Shown here: in pieces, positions 58,076 to 64,000 of the stretch
Layout: every line of letters begins with the position of its first letter
Numbering within the stretch: position 1 is the stretch's first letter
IMG/VR virus record: IMGVR_UViG_3300021957_003318
From: an uncultured virus (IMG/VR IMGVR_UViG_3300021957_003318)
Lineage: Duplodnaviria > Heunggongvirae > Uroviricota > Caudoviricetes > Demerecviridae
Strand: one strand, 5' to 3'
DNA: 64,000 nucleotides
The notes under the pieces: generated by a model
Seen by the model: only the letters and a program-made list of their open reading frames with translations
Told to the model about the DNA's origin: nothing
Database searches by the model: none
Program-made: the position numbers and the translations under genes

Positions 58076-58468
58076 TTATTTCTCCATTGTCTCCTCAAAC
58101 ATAAAGGTAATCCGACCTTCCTTTATATCGAGCAGTCTGTTATTTTTTATAATTTCGTCTGATATCGGTGATAGCAGACATTCTAGTGTGGTGTCTTTAG
58201 TATTTACATAGTTGTGATAATTGCGAAAGGATGCGACACCTGCATACTCTGCAACTTCTCTATCACTAAATGTACGTCCAACTTCGAGTAAATCTTTCGG
58301 ATTTAGAAGATATGACTCTCCGCCGAAGCGATGCTGATAAAACTCAAATGTTTTATCATAGTAATTTTTTGGTTGAATCTTATAAGTAATTATACGAAGT
58401 ATTTGTATTATCTTACCAATATCTCCTTTGCTTACTTTTATTATCTTATTCCAATTAAATAGTAACAT
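58076..58468 (-). CDS. Conserved T5-like hypothetical protein
   Basis: Synteny upstream of D11; AEY.G.AS.R.Y, NRLL.I. Confidence 0.7.
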   Translation of the reverse strand: MLLFNWNKIIKVSKGDIGKIIQILRIITYKIQPKNYYDKTFEFYQHRFGGESYLLNPKDLLEVGRTFSDREVAEYAGVASFRNYHNYVNTKDTTLECLLSPISDEIIKNNRLLDIKEGRITFMFEETMEK

Positions 58469-58507
58469 ATTATAACAAAAATTCCGACTTGTGTCAAGAA
58501 CTATTTT
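58469..58507 (-). promoter_or_regulatory. Sigma70-type promoter (minus strand)
   Basis: Reverse strand AAAATAGTTC-TTGACA(58497-58492)-17 bp-TATAAT(58474-58469), TG extension. Confidence 0.85.
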
Positions 58508-59390
58508 CCTCTGGTCTATTATTACCTGATGTTTTAGTTCTTCTTAGCTCTTCTGCTGTTGTATGGTCTATACTAGCATGAACTCCTGCATTTGCCATTT
58601 CTATTAAATTTCCTTTATAGATATAACTTCCTGTATGAGTTAAGTTTATAAATGGAAGAGTATAAATATTAATACCTAACGTTCTAGCATTAGCACAAAA
58701 CATATAATCTTCACTTAGATATCTATTTTCCTCATTAATTACACAATCGAAGAAAGCAGTTATTTGCTCAGAGCTTATACCTTCTCTTATATGGTCAGGA
58801 GTGTACTTTCTGTCTGGCATTACTGCTTCCATTTCTTCAAACACACTTCTATGAATCATCATAAAACCTGTACCTGCTTCTTTAATTTGTACTGGTTCGT
58901 ACACTGGAACTTCATCATTCTCATATATGCCAGGAAGAGGGTTAAATACCATATCTCCTGCTACCTGCTCTAAACCCGCTGGGTTGTTATCATATGCTCC
59001 TGACTTAGCGGCATGCAATACTTTCTCCCATGCTATAGCTTTTTTAGGGTACATTGCTGTAAGTATTCTATATTTCTCAGGCTGTTCTACCATTAAATGA
59101 AACATATATAATAAATCCTGGTCTTCCCATGATATATCACTATCAATAAATAATAAGTACTCAGAGTCTGACTTTAAAAAGTTTGCTACTGCATAGTTTC
59201 TAGCCCTTGTTATGAGACTTTCATTAAATAAATAGTATAATTGTAACTGTAATCCGTGTTTTGCAGCAGTACCAATAGTCTGTGCTAAACTTCTTGTATA
59301 CATGCCATGACACATTCCGCCATACATAGGAGTTGCCAAAAATATCTTTGACCTTCTCATTTTTTCTATGTTTAATTGTATTTCCTTCAT
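58494..59390 (-). CDS. GT-A fold glycosyltransferase-like protein
   Basis: LATPMYGG, ESLITRARN, LFIDSDI (DxD), GTGFMMI, LSEDY.FC. Confidence 0.8.
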   Translation of the reverse strand: MKEIQLNIEKMRRSKIFLATPMYGGMCHGMYTRSLAQTIGTAAKHGLQLQLYYLFNESLITRARNYAVANFLKSDSEYLLFIDSDISWEDQDLLYMFHLMVEQPEKYRILTAMYPKKAIAWEKVLHAAKSGAYDNNPAGLEQVAGDMVFNPLPGIYENDEVPVYEPVQIKEAGTGFMMIHRSVFEEMEAVMPDRKYTPDHIREGISSEQITAFFDCVINEENRYLSEDYMFCANARTLGINIYTLPFINLTHTGSYIYKGNLIEMANAGVHASIDHTTAEELRRTKTSGNNRPEENSS

Positions 59391-60670
59391 AGTATTTTTA
59401 CCTCGTAATCTTGTTTTAAATAGTAACCCATTCTAGCGTTTGCTTGACGAGTTGCTGTTTTGCCTTTTAAATGTATATCCACAATAATAGGCTGTGGTTT
59501 GCCTTCTACTTTTCGTATAACTCTACCTACTAACTGTGTGAGTAGAGGTTCATTGTTTACTGGTGTACCTAGTACTAAACAACTTAATTCATTTAGTGAT
59601 ATGCCTTCAGAGAAAATAGACTGTGTACCGAATAATATATTCTTTCCTTCTTGTTTTATTAATTGCATTGTATCTTCTCTTTCTTTGAAATCCATATCTC
59701 CTGTAATTGATACTGCATTATCCCCTACTAATCTAGCACATGCTTTTAGAAACATTACTCTATCAGAAACAACCAATACGTTATGTCCTAGAGCTGCATA
59801 CTTAGAGGCTATCATTGCAACACTATGCACATACTCTTCTTTGTATGCTAAGTCATTGATTCTTTCTGCCCATGGTGTAAATGAACCATCTAGAAATCTA
59901 ATATCTGATTTGACTATATGTATACAGGGAATAAGATAATTTTCTTTAGGCGGTTTAAAAACATTATGTCCAAAGTAGTCTCTAAAAACTACATGCCTTC
60001 CATCTTTTCTCTCTAATGTTCCTGTCAACCCTACCTTATATCTAGAAGGCATTTCATCTATAATTCTAGTAAAAGTAGGACTACTAACATGATGCATTTC
60101 ATCTAAAATCAGTGTTCCGAATTCTTGTTTTATGTCGTCCATTTTTCGGTATAAACTCTGAATATTCCCAATAACTATAGGAGCGTCAATATTAAAGTCT
60201 CCACTACCTATTCTGCCTGGTTTAATTCCAAAGCATTTTTCTACTTCTTTTTCCCACTGATTACGTAAGTTAGTAGTATGAGTAACAACTAATGTTTTCT
60301 GACCAAGCTTCGCTGCGATAGCTAAACCTGTAAATGTCTTTCCCCAACTTACCCAAGCGTTAACTATTGCGTTGTCTTCAATCTCATCATAAACCCTCTT
60401 TTGGCTTGGTCGTAAATCAAACTTAAATTTTGCATGTTCTATAGGCGAGGTAACTCTCTTGTCGATTATTTCGTAATCATCTGGTATTAAATCTATTCTT
60501 CCCATAGGTATAGAAATCAAACCTTCTTTTATAAAACGAATTGTTTTAAAAACTAAAGGAGGGTCAGAAGGTATACGTGGAGCAATAGTATAAGTCAACT
60601 CTTTTTCGATAGAATTATGTAACTCTTTAGTTACACTCATATATATTCTGTTACTTAGAACTGCTTTCAT
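59387..60670 (-). CDS. SF2 helicase (T5 D10-like)
   Basis: WGKT, DEMHH, GLTGT, SEGIS, Q..GRV.R. Confidence 0.92.
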   Translation of the reverse strand: MKAVLSNRIYMSVTKELHNSIEKELTYTIAPRIPSDPPLVFKTIRFIKEGLISIPMGRIDLIPDDYEIIDKRVTSPIEHAKFKFDLRPSQKRVYDEIEDNAIVNAWVSWGKTFTGLAIAAKLGQKTLVVTHTTNLRNQWEKEVEKCFGIKPGRIGSGDFNIDAPIVIGNIQSLYRKMDDIKQEFGTLILDEMHHVSSPTFTRIIDEMPSRYKVGLTGTLERKDGRHVVFRDYFGHNVFKPPKENYLIPCIHIVKSDIRFLDGSFTPWAERINDLAYKEEYVHSVAMIASKYAALGHNVLVVSDRVMFLKACARLVGDNAVSITGDMDFKEREDTMQLIKQEGKNILFGTQSIFSEGISLNELSCLVLGTPVNNEPLLTQLVGRVIRKVEGKPQPIIVDIHLKGKTATRQANARMGYYLKQDYEVKIL

Positions 60671-61067
60671 TTATCTTGTTCCTCAAACTCGTACTAGAAA
60701 AAGAATGAGCTCTACTAGTGTAAAAAATCTCATGTAATCCTTTTCCTGTAAAATGTTTGTCTGTCCAATCTTCTCCAACAAATCGAAGGTGTATTGGTGT
60801 TGCTTCTAGTAAATCTAAAAGACTTTGTTCTGTATCATAGGGTATAATCTCGTCAATATACTTTACTGCTCTTAGCTGTATATATCTTTCAAACACTGAT
60901 TGTACAGGTTGATTCTTCTCTTGTCTATCAATACTAGGGTCTGTTTGTAGCCCTACTATTAAATGAGTACAGTTATCCTTTGCTTCTTTGAGCATTACTA
61001 TGTGTCCTGCATGTAGCAAGTCAAATGCTCCACAAGTAAACCCTATTGTTTTGTCCATTTTCGCCAT
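60651..61067 (-). CDS. Cytidylyltransferase (TagD/glycerol-3-phosphate CT-like)
   Basis: FDLLHAGH, LIVGL, ER..QL, GEDW, R..SFSST. Confidence 0.88.
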   Translation of the reverse strand: MAKMDKTIGFTCGAFDLLHAGHIVMLKEAKDNCTHLIVGLQTDPSIDRQEKNQPVQSVFERYIQLRAVKYIDEIIPYDTEQSLLDLLEATPIHLRFVGEDWTDKHFTGKGLHEIFYTSRAHSFSSTSLRNKINESSSK

Positions 61068-62557
61068 ATTTTTTGATTGTGTATTTGATTCATCTTAGAG
61101 TTGTTATCCCAAGGACTAGACCATCCACATTTTTTCTTTCTATCTTGTATATGTTTAGGTATATAATCTTTCATTATTACTCTTAGTAAGTACTTATAAG
61201 TGCCTGTAACGTAGTCTTTATGTAGTTTCATTTTAGTTTTTCCCTCAAATTCATACACATATCTAGCAAATTCTTGAGTTAAAAATACAGGTCTACTTTC
61301 CATACCAAATAACCCGCAAGTCTGGTCAGCGGCTAAAACATTATTTTCACTTGTTATCATTAAGTCCATAAATAAAGTAGAATTGAATCCGTCTTTATCT
61401 CCTTTAAATATTTCTTTACGAACCCAAGACTGATTCTCACAAAAGCCTTTTATCCATTTAGCATTGTACCCTTTTGTAAATCTTTTGGAGTGATGTTGAT
61501 ACCCACTAAAAAACTCGTCTGCACTATCCCCTGTCAGTACAACTTTACACCCATCTTCAGATGCTGCTTTTGCAAGTGCATATCTAGGAGCTCTTCTATT
61601 ATTATCATTCCATAGATAATTATTTTTCTCCATCCATGCTCTGCCGTACTCATCTCTTTGTTTTCTAGTTAGAGTTACTACTTTGTAAGGAACATTCCAC
61701 TCTTTACAAGTCTTTATTGCAAGAGCGGCTTCATTGGCAAATATGTCTTGTCTATACTCTACTCCTTCTTCCTCTGAATATGCACAAATGTATGCAGTTA
61801 AGTCTAACCCCATATCTTTAACTACACCCAAAGCACAGGTACTGTCTAGTCCTCCACTTAAAAATATAGCTGTTTTTTGTTTATTTTTTGCTACTTTTTG
61901 TATTCCCTTTACAAGTTCATGTTTAAACTGTTCCTCTACAAAGGGATTATTTTTTACTCTATATCCTGACCATAAATTATCACCTCTTTTTAATACACAT
62001 TTCTTTGTGTCATAATGATAAAGCTGCCCTGGTTCTACTTTTCTTATACCCTTGAAAGGTGAGTCTGAACCTGACCAAATAGGATTAGATAAAAACTTTT
62101 TATTAAGTTCTTTAGGTTTCGCACCAACAAAACTAGCAAGACTTGTACTTACTGATATTCCTCCATTGTCGCTTTTTATCCATAAAGGTTTTGCCCCAAA
62201 ATGGTCTCTAACAATGTCACATATGCCTGTCTTGTAGTCCATAAAACAAAAAGAACCATGCCAATTTCCGAACTCTATAAACTTGAAACCATACTTCTCG
62301 TAGCCTTCAGCTAGGAATTTAGTATCGTTGGGTATATTAGAGTCATACATTTCTCCATTGAATACCATTATGTTGCCCTTCTTAGTTATATAAGGTTGTA
62401 CCTCATTTTCTCCTGATATGTCTAATAGTACATGCGCAAAAGTTAAATCGTGCATATACCTTATAGTTTCACCACGAGCATCGGGACCTCTAAATCTCTG
62501 TGCGTCAATGTATTTATCAGCTAAATTGTTTTCAGTTGTTACAACAAAACCGCACAT
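61043..62557 (-). CDS. Asparagine synthetase B-like glutamine amidotransferase
   Basis: N-terminal MCG (ATG 62557), RGPD, FNGE, RDHFGAKPL, LSGGLDS, LTGDSADE.F.GY, ESR..F. Confidence 0.9.
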   Translation of the reverse strand: MCGFVVTTENNLADKYIDAQRFRGPDARGETIRYMHDLTFAHVLLDISGENEVQPYITKKGNIMVFNGEMYDSNIPNDTKFLAEGYEKYGFKFIEFGNWHGSFCFMDYKTGICDIVRDHFGAKPLWIKSDNGGISVSTSLASFVGAKPKELNKKFLSNPIWSGSDSPFKGIRKVEPGQLYHYDTKKCVLKRGDNLWSGYRVKNNPFVEEQFKHELVKGIQKVAKNKQKTAIFLSGGLDSTCALGVVKDMGLDLTAYICAYSEEEGVEYRQDIFANEAALAIKTCKEWNVPYKVVTLTRKQRDEYGRAWMEKNNYLWNDNNRRAPRYALAKAASEDGCKVVLTGDSADEFFSGYQHHSKRFTKGYNAKWIKGFCENQSWVRKEIFKGDKDGFNSTLFMDLMITSENNVLAADQTCGLFGMESRPVFLTQEFARYVYEFEGKTKMKLHKDYVTGTYKYLLRVIMKDYIPKHIQDRKKKCGWSSPWDNNSKMNQIHNQKIWRKWTKQ

Positions 62558-62808
62558 TAATACTTTCTCCAGTCTATAATTGTATCTTCTCTTATGTCTG
62601 CCCATTTGCAAAATTCAACATCAAACATAAGTATTCTACCACCTAGTTTGTCTCCGTCATTTAACGCACGTGCATCCATACCTCTAGTATTTTCAGGTAC
62701 TAAAGTCATCTCTCTTTCTTTTGTTTCTCCTGTTCTTAGGTCTTCATACTGTACTAGTACTATTCCTTCTTCCAGTGCTTTTACCATTTTGTCTAAATCT
62801 TGCGCCAT
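62557..62808 (-). CDS. Small hypothetical protein (SH3/WYL-like barrel)
   Basis: V.Y....GE...R.MTL...FDVE..KW. Confidence 0.6.
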   Translation of the reverse strand: MAQDLDKMVKALEEGIVLVQYEDLRTGETKEREMTLVPENTRGMDARALNDGDKLGGRILMFDVEFCKWADIREDTIIDWRKY

Positions 62809-63257
62809 GTATCTTTTTTCCTTTCTTCAGCAAACTCCCATATAGCATAAGGTAATCCTTTTTTGTATAGAATACCTGCCCATGTTTGTTCAACTCTTGG
62901 TGGTCTAGCAATAGCAAAAGGAAAAGGAACATCCTTAATCCATACTACTGTTGCCACGTCTTTTTTAATAATTTTTTTAATCTTGTGATACTTTAAAGGT
63001 GCTGTATCAAGCTTTTCATTATAGAAGTAACATCCGTTAGAATCTACAAAATGTTTTCCTCTGTGTTTTAACATTGCTACTTCATCATCACATTGGTACT
63101 TAAGAGGATATATACTCTTCATTGGAGTCTGTAATCTTCTTATGCCTAGTGTTTCTCCTAGCATATTTCTATCATCAATAACTTGGTCGTTAAGCCACAA
63201 TAGATTATCCTGTTCTTCAGGTTCTTCATGTATTACATAAACTGGATATTTAATCAT
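62793..63257 (-). CDS. Conserved T5-like hypothetical protein downstream of polymerase
   Basis: YPVY, DDRN..GETLG.RRLQ, F.DSNG. Confidence 0.75.
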   Translation of the reverse strand: MIKYPVYVIHEEPEEQDNLLWLNDQVIDDRNMLGETLGIRRLQTPMKSIYPLKYQCDDEVAMLKHRGKHFVDSNGCYFYNEKLDTAPLKYHKIKKIIKKDVATVVWIKDVPFPFAIARPPRVEQTWAGILYKKGLPYAIWEFAEERKKDTWRKI

Positions 63258-63738
63258 TTTCAGTTCTTCTCTGCATCCATGTTTTTTCCCAAAACTTTGT
63301 TACTTGGTCATAGGAATTTTTTCCGTAAGCACAAAAAAATACCTGTTCAGGTTGTACAGTTCTAATTGATTTACCTAATTCTAGGTTTATTATATTGCCT
63401 TTATTCTCTCGTAAATCCCACTCTATGCAAGTCTTTGCACCTACTGGATAATAACGAGCGCCTGAGTATTCCCATCTCCATTCTATTCGTGAAGCTACTA
63501 ATTCTCCTAGTCCCATTTGATGAGTAGTGCCTAGTGTTAATGTTTTTTCACCCCTTTTCTCTGCTATGATTTGTTGTACGTCTATTCCCAAAAATCCTCT
63601 TATACTAGAGTCTATATAGTCTACATAACTATAACCAACATTGACATTTGTATAGGGTGTTCTCTCATAAAAGTTACAAGATTTTTCTAGTATATAATCA
63701 CAGTCTGGTTCAAAATTAATTTGCATACAATTTCTCAA
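63250..63738 (-). CDS. Hypothetical protein
   Basis: Fills the gap between polymerase and the next gene; start uncertain. Confidence 0.55.
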   Translation of the reverse strand: MRNCMQINFEPDCDYILEKSCNFYERTPYTNVNVGYSYVDYIDSSIRGFLGIDVQQIIAEKRGEKTLTLGTTHQMGLGELVASRIEWRWEYSGARYYPVGAKTCIEWDLRENKGNIINLELGKSIRTVQPEQVFFCAYGKNSYDQVTKFWEKTWMQRRTEND

Positions 63739-64000
63739 ACTTTCCTAATGAATAGTCATCTGCAACATCAAAGTCACATCCAACTGGAGCGCCTGGGATT
63801 GATAATCCTCTATCTTTTTGTATAAACTCTTGAAGTTTTTCTGAGTAATGTTCTATCTCATCTTCAGGTACTTCTGCTAGTACGGAATCGTGAACAAGTG
63901 CAAATATTTTCGCTTTCATACCTGTCTTTTCTATATATCTTTGCATATCTATACCACCCATAAGGTTAATATCGGATGCAACTGATTGTACTAAGAAGTT
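63716..64000 (-). CDS. DNA polymerase family A, C-terminal end (partial)
   Basis: NFLVQSVASDINL and LVHDS (motif C); open to the window edge. Confidence 0.92.
   Translation of the reverse strand, partial: NFLVQSVASDINLMGGIDMQRYIEKTGMKAKIFALVHDSVLAEVPEDEIEHYSEKLQEFIQKDRGLSIPGAPVGCDFDVADDYSLGKFEKLYAN

Noticed and set aside
1..64000. Stop-codon reassignment, introns/inteins, tRNA genes, integrase
   Set aside because: Genes are full length and tightly packed under the standard code with TAA, TAG and TGA all used as stops. Terminase, RNR and helicase have normal lengths. I saw no cloverleaf or recombinase motif by eye.

Overview
A 64 kb piece of an AT-rich, lytic, T5-related (Demerecviridae-like) siphophage genome, probably marine. 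The + strand (1-47668) runs as follows: the end of a FecR-type/CHASE2 adenylate cyclase cassette; a cluster of tiny, very basic proteins mixed with oxygenases and a methyltransferase; a T5-type packaging/head/tail-tube module (terminase, nicking endonuclease, portal, fused protease-capsid, pb6-like tube, frameshifted tail chaperones, pb2-like tape measure); a lambda-type M-L-K-I-J tail tip; and a separately promoted fibre cassette ending in a 1525-aa Thr-rich protein. The - strand (47654-64000) carries the T5 replication/recombination block (PolA end, D10-D15 homologues, class Ia RNR, glutaredoxin) with sugar-modifying genes inserted. The most striking items are (i) the Thr-rich protein, whose repeat blocks are mirror-symmetric (4/6/3 - unique centre - 3/6/4), suggesting a giant fold-back needle fibre, and (ii) five glycosyltransferase-like genes right after it, which together suggest a phage-encoded glycosylated, mucin-like appendage. 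All family calls come from motif recognition by eye; no database search was run.
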